Notes: generated from the letters alone by a model not told the origin. A stretch of 32,000 nucleotides of DNA from Ktedonobacterales bacterium (GCA_030167145.1 CP126532.1:2430001-2462000); one strand, 5' to 3'. Numbered from the stretch's first letter, positions 6,769 to 15,197 are shown. Program-made: numbers and translations.

Positions 6769-7773
6769 CTACATGGGCGTCAACTCGCTGAGCGCCGCCA
6801 TGACCTCCGCCACTGTGATATCGCCTAGCGCCTGCGTCGTCGCACGCACCACATGCACGTGAGAGCCGAGCGGCGCCCACACCGCTGGTTCGGTCGGTCC
6901 GAAGAGCACAACGGTAGGCACGCCCAGTAACCCCGCCAGATGCGAGACTCCCGCATCGTTTCCAATGTACGCAGCGCAGCGCGCCAGCAGCGCCGCCAGC
7001 GCGCCCACATCCAGCCCGCGCGCGCCGGCAATCGCGCTAGCCGTGCCGCCCCCCTGTATTTCGAATTGCGCCCGCACCTCCGCCACAATGGCCGCGTCCT
7101 GTGGTCCCTCGATCAGCAGCGGCCTGCTGCCCACAGCCGCTAATGCGCCCGCCAGCGCCGCAAAGTTCGCCGGTGGCCAGCGTTTGGCTGCACCCCCGCT
7201 CCCTGGGTGCAGCGCCACCATCCGCCGCGCATCCATCGTCAGCCACAGCGCACGCCATATCGCCGCCGCTTCGCGCTCATCCTCCTGCGGTGGCGTCAGC
7301 GGCGGAAGCAGCGCCGCCAGCGCGTCCGGCGTCTCCGGCACAGCAATAGCCAACGGCGAAAGCGCGCCCGCCAGCGTCAGCGCCATATGCCTCCGCGCGT
7401 CCGGCCCCGGCTTCCCCGGCGCGATGGCCGCTCGCTCTGCGCCCAGCGCGGCGAGGTTGCGTACCAGCATACCATCTGCATCATCGCCAAGCCACGCCAC
7501 CACAGTGCTGCTTGCCAGAATGTCACGCGCGGGACCGCTCGTGGGTGGCTCCCCAACAAAGAGCGCGCCCCACATTGGCACGTCATACGGCCAGCCAGCA
7601 TCCGCCAGCCCCGACGCGACCGCCAGCGGAAGCACATCGCCCCGCGCGACGAGCGTGATATGCGCGGCAGGCCGCGCATGGCGCAGCAGCGCCAGCACCG
7701 GAAATGTCAGCAGCGCGTCGCCCAGCGCGCCAGGGCGGATCAGCACAAAGCGTTCGGCAGCCGGTGCGTGCAT
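6769..7773 (-). CDS. Glycosyltransferase family 9 (heptosyltransferase-like)
   Basis: VLIRPGALGDALLTFPVL near the N-terminus, HPGSGGAAKRWP, and YIGNDAGVSHLAGLLGVPTVVLFGPT are GT9 signatures. Confidence 0.8.
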   Translation of the reverse strand: MHAPAAERFVLIRPGALGDALLTFPVLALLRHARPAAHITLVARGDVLPLAVASGLADAGWPYDVPMWGALFVGEPPTSGPARDILASSTVVAWLGDDADGMLVRNLAALGAERAAIAPGKPGPDARRHMALTLAGALSPLAIAVPETPDALAALLPPLTPPQEDEREAAAIWRALWLTMDARRMVALHPGSGGAAKRWPPANFAALAGALAAVGSRPLLIEGPQDAAIVAEVRAQFEIQGGGTASAIAGARGLDVGALAALLARCAAYIGNDAGVSHLAGLLGVPTVVLFGPTEPAVWAPLGSHVHVVRATTQALGDITVAEVMAALSELTPM

Positions 7774-7849
7774 AGGCGGTGCCTTCTTCCCATATAATGC
7801 GATACGATGGCATCAGGCGATGCGAGGCAACAAAAAGGAGCAGAGACGT

Positions 7850-8851
7850 ATGAACAAACGTGAGCGTGTGGATGCGGCGCTGCGCGGCGCGGAGCTGGAT
7901 CGCGCGCCGATCAGCTTCTGGGGACACGACTACATCCGCGAATGGAGCGCCGACGGGCTGGCGGAGGCCATGCTCGCCAACGAGCGCGCCCATGACTGGG
8001 ATTATATGAAGGTCAACCCGCGCGCCAGCTACCACGTGGAAGACTGGGGCGCGGAATTGGCGCACTCCACCGACCCCAACAAAGGCCACACCTTCACGCG
8101 CGTTCCTGTGCGCGAGCCAGCCGACTGGCGGCGGTTGCGCCCGCTGGACCCGGAGCAGGGCGTGCTGGGCGAGCAACTCGCAGCCCTGCGTCTGATTCGC
8201 GATGGACTGCATGGCGAAGCGTACTTCATCCAGACGATTTTCTCGCCGCTCTCCGTCGCCAAATATCTCGTCGGCAACACGCCGGAGCCGGTGCGCCAGT
8301 CCATCGCCAGCGACCGCGATGCGCTGCGCGCCGCGCTGGAGGTCATCACCGAAACCTTCGCAACCTACGCCCGCGCCAGCCTGGACGCAGGCGCGAGCGG
8401 TATCTTCTTCGCCACCACCGGCTGGGCGGCGGCGGGCGCGCTCACCGAAGACGAGTACCGCGCGTTCGGCCAAGAGTACGACCTGCGCGTGCTCGCCGCC
8501 GTCGCGGACCGCGCGCCTTTCAATGTGCTGCACAACTGCGGCGAGGGCATCTACTTCGACCTGCTCAGCGACTATCCCGTGCAGGCGATCAGTTGGGCCG
8601 CGACGCTGGCCGGCAATCCGACGCTGGGCGAGGGCCAGCAGCGCACCACCAAAGCAGTGATGGGCGGCGTCAGCGAGAAAACGACGCTGGTGGATGGCAC
8701 GCCAGAGCAAGTGGCGGCGGAGGTCCGCGCCGCGCTGGACACGACCGGCGGGCGGCGCGTATTGCTTGCTCCTGGCTGCTCGATTCCCCCGCGCACGCCG
8801 CAGGCCAACCTGGAAGCCGCCGCCGAAGCCAATCGCGACTGGCGCAAATAG
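7850..8851 (+). CDS. Uroporphyrinogen decarboxylase (URO-D) family protein
   Basis: Start set at ATG 7850 (AAGGAG upstream). The N-terminus MNKRERVDAALRGAELDRAPISFWGH and overall length fit the URO-D/MtaA-like family. The 6965-7849 part of the track ORF is antisense to the GT9 gene. Confidence 0.75.
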   Translation: MNKRERVDAALRGAELDRAPISFWGHDYIREWSADGLAEAMLANERAHDWDYMKVNPRASYHVEDWGAELAHSTDPNKGHTFTRVPVREPADWRRLRPLDPEQGVLGEQLAALRLIRDGLHGEAYFIQTIFSPLSVAKYLVGNTPEPVRQSIASDRDALRAALEVITETFATYARASLDAGASGIFFATTGWAAAGALTEDEYRAFGQEYDLRVLAAVADRAPFNVLHNCGEGIYFDLLSDYPVQAISWAATLAGNPTLGEGQQRTTKAVMGGVSEKTTLVDGTPEQVAAEVRAALDTTGGRRVLLAPGCSIPPRTPQANLEAAAEANRDWRK

Positions 8852-8866
8852 CACACGAGCACGGCG

Positions 8867-10105
8867 CTAACACGGCACGGGCACATAGGCTTCGATGAGC
8901 GTGGCACCAGCGCCGCCCCGGCTGACGTTACTCGTGCCCACCGCGAACACATCACCCGCCGCATCAGCGCTCACGGCGTTCAAGCTATCCATGTACACGT
9001 TTGCCGGATCGGGCGTGTCGAGCGTGTTCCAGGCTGCGGTTGTGCCGCTCCACGCCTCCGCCAGCGTGCGCTGCATCTGGTCGCTGTCAGTCTGCACACC
9101 CACAGCGACCACGGCTCGCACTGCCGGATCAGACGTGATAGCGTACAGTGAGTTGCTCGTACCAGGAGCGAAACCTGGACTGGTTACCTCGTTCCACCGG
9201 GAGCCATCCCAATGCAGCAGCAGCGGATTGCCGTGATGGCCACCCGCCGCCCACACATCACGAGCCGAGACCGCTGTGACGGCATGCAAAGCGGCCTCAC
9301 CCATAGAATAGGCCATCACCGTCCACCGCGTGCCGTCCCAATGTTCGATCAACGTCGCGCCACTGGTATCCTTGCCGGTGTACATATAGCCCACCGCCCA
9401 GGCGTCGCCGTCCGCAGCGATGGTCACGCTGGATAAGTCGTCTTGCGCGTGGGTGTGGTCCACTATCGGGCCGTTTGGGCTGGGGACGATGCTCCACCGC
9501 GCGCCATCCCACCGTTCGATCAGCGTAGCCTGGGAGGGGATCTGTGGTGAGGATGACGCCTCCCCGTGCGTCGTTGATCCCACCGCCCATGCCGTGCCAC
9601 CCGCCACCGCAACCGCTTGCAAAGCATTATCCACGCCGGGCACATTGGGGCTGGGCACGACCGCCCAACTGGTCCCATCATAGTGCTCGATCAACGTCCG
9701 CCGGTATGCGCTATTGTACCAAATCGCGCTATAGGCGCCGACCGCCCAGATGTCTGTTGCTGAGGCAGCCGCCACGGCGCTCAGACCGCCATACACATTC
9801 GGCCCAGGCACGATGCTCCACGTTGTGCCGTCCCAATGCTCGAACAGCGGCTTGCCACTATACGAAGAGCCAACAGCCCAGGCATCGGTGCGCGAAATAA
9901 CCGCGACACCCTGAAGCGTGTTGTCCGCCGCCACAATGTTGGGGCTGGCTACGATGCGCCATGCGCCGCACTTCGAGGTGGAGGCCGCCAGCGGCGATGC
10001 GTTCCACGGCAGCCGACCATAGCGCGCTTCGCTCACCCCCACAGCAACCACGCCCATCACCACAACCAGCGCCACACACGCCACGATAATCCGGCGACGA
10101 CTCAC
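8867..10105 (-). CDS. Membrane-anchored beta-propeller-like repeat protein
   Basis: N-terminal TM segment IIVACVALVVVMGVVAVGV. Six to seven repeats of the form (F/I)EHWDG..W..VPSPN...L..V......WAVG. GTG start with GGAG 7 nt upstream. Confidence 0.75.
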   Translation of the reverse strand: MSRRRIIVACVALVVVMGVVAVGVSEARYGRLPWNASPLAASTSKCGAWRIVASPNIVAADNTLQGVAVISRTDAWAVGSSYSGKPLFEHWDGTTWSIVPGPNVYGGLSAVAAASATDIWAVGAYSAIWYNSAYRRTLIEHYDGTSWAVVPSPNVPGVDNALQAVAVAGGTAWAVGSTTHGEASSSPQIPSQATLIERWDGARWSIVPSPNGPIVDHTHAQDDLSSVTIAADGDAWAVGYMYTGKDTSGATLIEHWDGTRWTVMAYSMGEAALHAVTAVSARDVWAAGGHHGNPLLLHWDGSRWNEVTSPGFAPGTSNSLYAITSDPAVRAVVAVGVQTDSDQMQRTLAEAWSGTTAAWNTLDTPDPANVYMDSLNAVSADAAGDVFAVGTSNVSRGGAGATLIEAYVPVPC

Positions 10106-10215
10106 AGCACATCTCCGCTACGCACATCCACCCAGCTATATCCATCTCAAAAGCCGAAGAGCCACCACTCAGCAGAGCGCACGCTCCCTACCTATCTTAG
10201 ACGCCCCCGCGCTGT

Positions 10216-11421
10216 TCAATGTTCCGGCGTATGCAGCGCGCCTGCAAGCACGATTGGCCCAGTGGGGCTGGGGCTGCCGCCAGCGGGTTCGGGCGTCACC
10301 GCCAGCGTATCGAAGTCGAGCGGCGGCTCGGCGGCATGCACCACGCTCGCGCCGTGCCCATGCGCGTCCAGCGCGAAGAGCGTGTTCGGCTGCGGCTGTC
10401 CTTCGCGCAGCAGCCACACCTGATACGCGCGGTCCGGGGCAAGCCGCGCCAAACCTGCGCTCACCAGCACCCCATCATGCCGCGAGCGCGCGCTGATGAA
10501 CCGTGCATGCGCATCCCGCCCCTGCGCCGTTCCCGGCACATTGACGATCACGCAATCCGGCTCCGCCAGCAGATCGCGCAGCAATTCGCCCGTCACATCA
10601 CGCTCCGCGCGCCTGCCGAAGAGGCCGCGCAAGAAGCCGCCCACGGATGCGCGCGGCTCAGCCGTCTCGGCTTCCGCGTCTGCCATACGTGTCGCTTGCT
10701 CTCCCGGTGCGCTCGCCTCGCCAAGTTCGCCCGCCAGCACCACCGGCCCGGTCGGTCCCGCGCTGCCCGTGAGCGGCTCTGGCGTGACGGCCAGCGTATC
10801 GAAGTCGAGCAGCGGCTCGGATGTGCGTACAACGCTTGCGCCGTGGCCGTGCGGGTCAATCGCGAAAAGCGCGTTAGGTTGCGGCTCACCCCCGCGCAGG
10901 AACCACACCTGATACGCCTTATCCGCCGCCAGCGGCCCCAGCCCCGCCGTCAGCAGCACCCCCTCGCGCCGTGACCGCGCGCCAACGAACCGCGCGCTCG
11001 CGCCCGCCGCGTGCTCCGTTCCCGGCACGTTCACGATCACGCAATCCGGCTCTGCCAGCAGGTCGCGCAATAACTCGCCCGCCAGATCAGCCGCATCCTC
11101 ATCCGCCTCACCGCCCGGCACCGCGCGCACGACATCTCTGGCGGCGTCACCGGCGGCACGCGCGCTCGCCGCTTCCGCGCGGACACGCGCCAGCACGCGC
11201 ACCCGCAGCGCCGGCGGCGTGGCCACCTGGGGCGCGGCCAGCAGCAGCAGATCGGCGCTGGCGCGGGCCTGAGCCAGCAGCGCCCGGCAGCGGGCGCACC
11301 CTTCCACATGCAGATCCACCGCCGCCACCTCCTCCGGCTCCAGCGCGCCGAGGACGAAGGCGTCTATCAGGTCGTCTACGTGTGTCTCTGGTATCTCTGG
11401 TGTCTCTCGCATGTCCATCAT
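10216..11421 (-). CDS. zf-HC2 anti-sigma factor with two tandem RskA-C-like domains
   Basis: N-terminal H-x3-C-x2-C (HVEGCARC). ATGA start/stop overlap with the upstream ECF sigma gene. Two ~118-aa copies contain AYQVW(F/L)LR.G.PQPN.LFA.D.HGHGASVV...DFDTLAVTPEP. Confidence 0.85.
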   Translation of the reverse strand: MMDMRETPEIPETHVDDLIDAFVLGALEPEEVAAVDLHVEGCARCRALLAQARASADLLLLAAPQVATPPALRVRVLARVRAEAASARAAGDAARDVVRAVPGGEADEDAADLAGELLRDLLAEPDCVIVNVPGTEHAAGASARFVGARSRREGVLLTAGLGPLAADKAYQVWFLRGGEPQPNALFAIDPHGHGASVVRTSEPLLDFDTLAVTPEPLTGSAGPTGPVVLAGELGEASAPGEQATRMADAEAETAEPRASVGGFLRGLFGRRAERDVTGELLRDLLAEPDCVIVNVPGTAQGRDAHARFISARSRHDGVLVSAGLARLAPDRAYQVWLLREGQPQPNTLFALDAHGHGASVVHAAEPPLDFDTLAVTPEPAGGSPSPTGPIVLAGALHTPEH

Positions 11422-12023
11422 AGGTATCCGTCCACACCTGCCGCCAGCAATAGCTCGCGCAGGCGCTGCAATCCAACACGAATCCGGCTTTTCACTGTGC
11501 CCAGCGGATCACCCAGCGCGGCGGCGACCTCCGCCTGTGAGAGTCCGCCGAAGAAGGCCAGTTCAATCGCGGCCCGCTGCGCCTCTGGCAGCTTCGCCAG
11601 CGCCGCGCGCACAGCAACGGCGCGTTCACGCAACGCCGCGAGTTGTGCCGGATCGCTCTCGGCGCTCGTATCGGCCAGCGTGGCGCTCTCGGCCTCCCAA
11701 TCGGCGTCGGGCGCGGTGACGGGGCGGCTCTGGCGGCGGCGGATCTCGTTGAGCGCCAGATTGTGCGCGATGCGCAGTAGCCACGTGCTCAGCCGTCCGC
11801 GTTGCGCGTCAAAGCTGGCGGCGCTGCGCCAGAGCCGCACAAACACCTCTTGCGTCAGTTCTTCAGCCGTGGCGCTGTCACGTACAATGCGCAGGCACAG
11901 CGAATATACCGCCTGGCCGAAACGGTCGTAGAGCTGTCCGAGCGCCTCTTCGTCGCCACGCGCGACCCGTTGCGTCAGCAGCAGATCATCGTCTGGCGGC
12001 GAACCCGACTGAGCACTCTCCAC
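11418..12023 (-). CDS. ECF (sigma-70 family group IV) RNA polymerase sigma factor
   Basis: Region 2 (AEELTQEVFVRLWRSAASFD..STWLLRIAHNLALNEIRRR) and region 4 (LPEAQRAAIELAFFGGLSQAEVAAALGDPLGTVKSRI). GTG start with GGAG 6 nt upstream. Confidence 0.9.
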   Translation of the reverse strand: MESAQSGSPPDDDLLLTQRVARGDEEALGQLYDRFGQAVYSLCLRIVRDSATAEELTQEVFVRLWRSAASFDAQRGRLSTWLLRIAHNLALNEIRRRQSRPVTAPDADWEAESATLADTSAESDPAQLAALRERAVAVRAALAKLPEAQRAAIELAFFGGLSQAEVAAALGDPLGTVKSRIRVGLQRLRELLLAAGVDGYL

Positions 12024-12176
12024 GTCTCACTCCAGCTATCTCATATATATACACGTCGCTATGCTGAACAGGTGGACGAAGGCCACGCGCGACAAGCATA
12101 CCATGACGCGCCACCCCGCCCCGCGCACGCGCTATAGTGTTGAGCAGACGCGGGACCACGTTGAAAGGACTACCCC

Positions 12177-13142
12177 ATGCCGAAGAACGTACGCCAATTG
12201 CAAACACTGCGCCTCGCGCCAGATTGGCTACCCAATACGAATCACGCCGGATTCTACGCGGCGCACGCGCTCGGCTACTATGCCGACGTGGGCATCGCAC
12301 TGGAGATCCTGCCCTTCGATGGCGAGGCCATGCCGAATCGCAAGATCGTCAGCGGCGAGACGGATTTCGGCCTGATGCCGCAGCAGAGCATCCTCAGCAT
12401 GCGGGCGCGCGGCGTGGACGTGATATCCGTCGCCGCGCTGGCGCAACCGAACACCACGACACTGGCCGTGCTTCAGCGAAGCGGCATCACCCGCCCGGCA
12501 GAACTCGCGGGCAAACGTTATGCCAGCTTCGGCACGGAGTTCGAGGTGGCGATGGTGGCGGAGATGATCCGCCAGGATGGCGGCGCGGGTGGACCAGTGG
12601 TGGTCCCCGCCGAGAAACTCGACATCCTTCAGGCGCTGCTGGATGGCGAGATTGACGTGACGTGGGGCTTCTTCGCGTGGGAGGGCATGCAGGCCGAAAT
12701 CTCCGGTCATCCGCTGCATCACTTCTTCGTCGCCGAGCATGGCATCCCCGCCGAATACTTCCCGCTGCTCTTCACCACGCGCGAGTGGATAGAACGCGAC
12801 CCCGCGCTGGTGGGCGCGTTCGTGCAAGCGACCATGCGTGGCTACGCCTATGCCGCCGCCAATCCCGATCCAGCGGCGGACATCTTCCTACAGGCCGTCC
12901 CGGCGCGCCTGCTGCCACCATATGCGGAAGAGCTAGTGCGCCGCAGTCTGCGCTGGCTGGCCCCGCGCTTCAACGGCACGCTGGCGGGCACGCCCTGCGC
13001 CACGCCATGGGGCTGGCACGACCCCGCGCGATGGGCTGCGTTCACCAGCTTCATCCAGCGGCTAGCGCACGAGCATGGCGTATCTGCGCCCGCGCTGGAC
13101 GCGGAGACAACGGGCTATAGCAACGCCTTCGTCACCCCATAG
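12177..13142 (+). CDS. NMT1/THI5-like (ThiY/SsuA-type periplasmic-binding fold) protein, no signal peptide
   Basis: LAPDWLPNTNHAGFYAAHALGYYADVG matches the LDW.PN.NH.G.Y.A..GYY signature of the THI5/NMT1 family. Confidence 0.7.
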   Translation: MPKNVRQLQTLRLAPDWLPNTNHAGFYAAHALGYYADVGIALEILPFDGEAMPNRKIVSGETDFGLMPQQSILSMRARGVDVISVAALAQPNTTTLAVLQRSGITRPAELAGKRYASFGTEFEVAMVAEMIRQDGGAGGPVVVPAEKLDILQALLDGEIDVTWGFFAWEGMQAEISGHPLHHFFVAEHGIPAEYFPLLFTTREWIERDPALVGAFVQATMRGYAYAAANPDPAADIFLQAVPARLLPPYAEELVRRSLRWLAPRFNGTLAGTPCATPWGWHDPARWAAFTSFIQRLAHEHGVSAPALDAETTGYSNAFVTP

Positions 13143-13194
13143 GTATAGGCGTCAGATGTCAGCTCAACCCGATGGGCAGGTTTCGCTTCATCTC

Positions 13195-14061
13195 TCACTC
13201 CCCATCATCGCCAAAGAGTAGCGACTGCTCGGTTGATGAGGCGAGCCGCTTCTGCTCGTCGCGCCTGATCTGCTCAATGCTCTTGGTGGGTGTTGGCAAC
13301 TGCTCAGGGGGTGTGCCGCCCAGGTCTTCGATGGTCTCGCGTACACGCTTGCCCACATCGTAGTGGGTTTGGTTGGCGGCGTCTTTGCCCTGGATGCCCT
13401 CGCGGCGGATCTTCGCTTCGGTCTGCGTAATGCGGAAGAAATTCGCGGCCAACTCTTCGCTGCCCATCCAATCGAGCACTTTCTGCCCGCGCTTCAGCCC
13501 CTTGCGTGCCGCGATGTCCTGCGCCGTCTCGCCGTCGTAGAGGCCACGATAGCCGTGATTCTGAAACGTTGCGAAATCTTGCTGGGTAACGACGCCCGCC
13601 TCATACACGGCGGCAGCCAGATCCACATTGCGCGCGGCGGCTTGGTCGCGCAGCACGATGCGCCGCTGCGCTTCAGTGAGGCCTGTCAGTTCTCCGGCCA
13701 ACTCCGCCCGGCGCGTCTGGATGGCGAAATAGGTCTGACCAAGCGCGACGATGGGCTTCTCTGGGTCCGCGTTCTGCACCACAAGGTAGCAGGCATAGCG
13801 AGACAAATGCCAATCCTCTACTTCACGTATAGCTCCTGAGCCGAGCGTGACCATATTAACATCAGTGTTAAAATGGTCTGTGATGCGCTGGCCGCTGTTC
13901 TCGCATGCAGTCTGTGCGCGCGCAATGACGCCCATGAAGCGCTGCCAGCCACTGTAATCGAGCACCTTTGCCAGCTCACGTGCGCTCCAATACTCGCCGC
14001 CGCCTTCTGCCTCGTGGCGGATCTGCTCAAATGGCGATACACGCTGTGTGTTGTCGCTCAT
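13195..14061 (-). CDS. dinD: DNA-damage-inducible protein D (DinD family)
   Basis: Collinear with my recollection of E. coli DinD: PFEQIRHE..YWSARELAKVLDYS, SRYACYLVVQNADPEKP, GQTYFAIQTRRAEL, FQNHGYRGLY, GSEELAANFFRITQTE, LGGTPPEQLPTP. Start set at ATG 14061 (MSDNTQ, GGGGGAGAGG upstream) rather than the track start at 14130. Confidence 0.9.
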   Translation of the reverse strand: MSDNTQRVSPFEQIRHEAEGGGEYWSARELAKVLDYSGWQRFMGVIARAQTACENSGQRITDHFNTDVNMVTLGSGAIREVEDWHLSRYACYLVVQNADPEKPIVALGQTYFAIQTRRAELAGELTGLTEAQRRIVLRDQAAARNVDLAAAVYEAGVVTQQDFATFQNHGYRGLYDGETAQDIAARKGLKRGQKVLDWMGSEELAANFFRITQTEAKIRREGIQGKDAANQTHYDVGKRVRETIEDLGGTPPEQLPTPTKSIEQIRRDEQKRLASSTEQSLLFGDDGE

Positions 14062-14304
14062 GCCAAACCTCTCCCCCAAGCCCGCCACACGTGAGCGGCC
14101 AAACACAACGGCCACGCGCACCCATCCCATGTGAGAGACAGGTCCACGTGGCCGGAATATCCCAAAACCACTGTGCGAACGTCGTGTCCGTCTGATAGAC
14201 TAGACTCAGGCGTGCCCTGCCAACTTCAGGATGCGCTCAGCGGTCCGGGCAGTGTTACGAGCACTGCGCGGGCCGCGCCCATTTGTGCGGGCTTGTTATG
14301 TACC
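14062..14304 (-). promoter_or_regulatory. Conserved ~240-nt 5' leader of dinD (copy A of a repeated leader)
   Basis: Aligns with 21365-21615. It has a 66-nt 100%-identical core (14095-14160) and further identical blocks, e.g. tctgatagactagactcaggcgtg and caggatgcgctcagcggtccgg. See findings. Confidence 0.6.
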
Positions 14305-14333
14305 AGTATACCATAACGCGATGCGATTGTCAC
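14305..14333 (-). promoter_or_regulatory. Extended -10 promoter GTGACA-N17-(TGG)TATACT, copy A
   Basis: Minus strand reads gtgacaatcgcatcgcgttatggtatact. Near-identical copies lie at 21616-21644 and 22913-22941. Confidence 0.6.
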
Positions 14334-14417
14334 ACACAGAGAATCGTTCAGGGGATGTGCGTGCGTGCCTGCCTCAGTTGCTGGTTTTTTTAGGCAGCCT
14401 GGACATGTAGGGCGTGG

Positions 14418-15197
14418 CTACCTGAACAGCGGCCAGGGAATACCGAGATGTGCCGCCGCAATGTGTAGAATACCGCTGATGATTACCCCTGCCACGAGGA
14501 CGGCCAGGAGCATAGCGCAACCGAACCAGCCGCCCACATATCCGCCGGAAATAGCCGTGGCGTAGGCGAGCGTCGCGCCAACATACACCAGGAAACAACC
14601 GTCAAGCACAAGTGAGAGCACATTCGCCGCGATTGAAATGGCGGGCGCGAACGAGAGCGCGTGAGTTTGCTGAAGCAGCGCGGCGAGGCCGAGTGTGCAA
14701 AGCATAGTCAGCAGCAGCACGCAAACTAGGCCGACCTGTGCGAGCGCCCATGGACGCAATACGCGATAAACACGCGAACCGCTCAAGCGTGGATGCTGGC
14801 GCGGAACGAACAAAGCTGCTACCAGCGCCAGCACCGGCGCGATGAAGATGTAGGCGACCATGTTGCTGAGCGCGACAGTGTAGATATGGGCAGCGGTCGG
14901 GCGTAAAAGATATTCGCCATGATCGAGGGTGAGGCTTGACGTATACAATGTCCCAATACTATTGGCGATGCCCCAGATCGGCGCGCTCACCACAAACGAC
15001 GCAACAACCCACCACCAGCGCGTGATCTGCGCCCATGCGGCCATCGTTCGCGGTGTCGGATGCGTGCCCACATGCCACCAGGCACCCAGCAGCGTTCCGG
15101 TGGCAGGCGCAACTGGCTCGAAGCGGGGTAACGACTGGGATATAGATGCCGCATCACCTTGCGCCGCGCCAGGCCCGCCAGCAATGTTCTGCTCCAT
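14418..15197 (-). CDS. Polytopic integral membrane protein, unknown function
   Basis: Multiple hydrophobic segments. Start set at ATG 15197 (GGAGGTGGAG 5 nt upstream). Confidence 0.7.
   Translation of the reverse strand: MEQNIAGGPGAAQGDAASISQSLPRFEPVAPATGTLLGAWWHVGTHPTPRTMAAWAQITRWWWVVASFVVSAPIWGIANSIGTLYTSSLTLDHGEYLLRPTAAHIYTVALSNMVAYIFIAPVLALVAALFVPRQHPRLSGSRVYRVLRPWALAQVGLVCVLLLTMLCTLGLAALLQQTHALSFAPAISIAANVLSLVLDGCFLVYVGATLAYATAISGGYVGGWFGCAMLLAVLVAGVIISGILHIAAAHLGIPWPLFR

Noticed and set aside
6965-7849. 5' two-thirds of the 628-aa track ORF (6965..8851), and the 423-aa antisense ORF 7583..8854
   Set aside because: The 6965-7849 part is antisense to the well-supported GT9 gene and is Ala/Ser/Arg-rich low-complexity sequence typical of high-GC antisense frames. 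The real gene starts at ATG 7850 with a Shine-Dalgarno sequence. 7583..8854 is antisense to the URO-D-family gene.
12024-12176. TPP riboswitch upstream of the THI5/NMT1-like gene
   Set aside because: I looked for the conserved CUGAGA and ACCUGAUCUGGAUAAUGCCAGCG-type elements and found none. The region is short and mostly holds divergent promoter sequence.
14062-14130. Possible upstream ORF/leader peptide MGWVRVAVVFGR... encoded by the invariant 66-nt core (also at 21361-21430)
   Set aside because: No Shine-Dalgarno sequence lies upstream of its ATG. In copy A it is fused in frame to dinD. In copy B it is in a different frame, ending in a GTGA overlap with the Bro-N start. Downstream of the identical block the two peptide sequences diverge completely. 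The conservation is therefore at nucleotide level, not peptide level. Not fully excluded.
14171-14192. Canonical LexA (Cheo box CGAAC-N4-GTTCG) assignment for the CGAAC-containing box
   Set aside because: The half-site CGAAC/GTTCG is present. The partner half is GTCCG or GTCTA, with spacing of 5 nt (copies A and B) or 3 nt (copy C and uvrB). There is no consistent dyad, so I report it only as an unassigned shared box.
14095-14335. MITE or other mobile-element explanation for the 240-nt repeat
   Set aside because: There are no terminal inverted repeats, target duplications or IS605-type end hairpins. Both copies sit in the same position and orientation relative to a start codon and include a functional-looking promoter.
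14362-14397. Hairpin CTGCCT-N17-AGGCAG with an A7/T7 run as a terminator for the membrane-protein operon
   Set aside because: The T/A run lies inside the 17-nt loop, not after the stem, and the stem is only 6 bp. This is not an intrinsic-terminator geometry on either strand.
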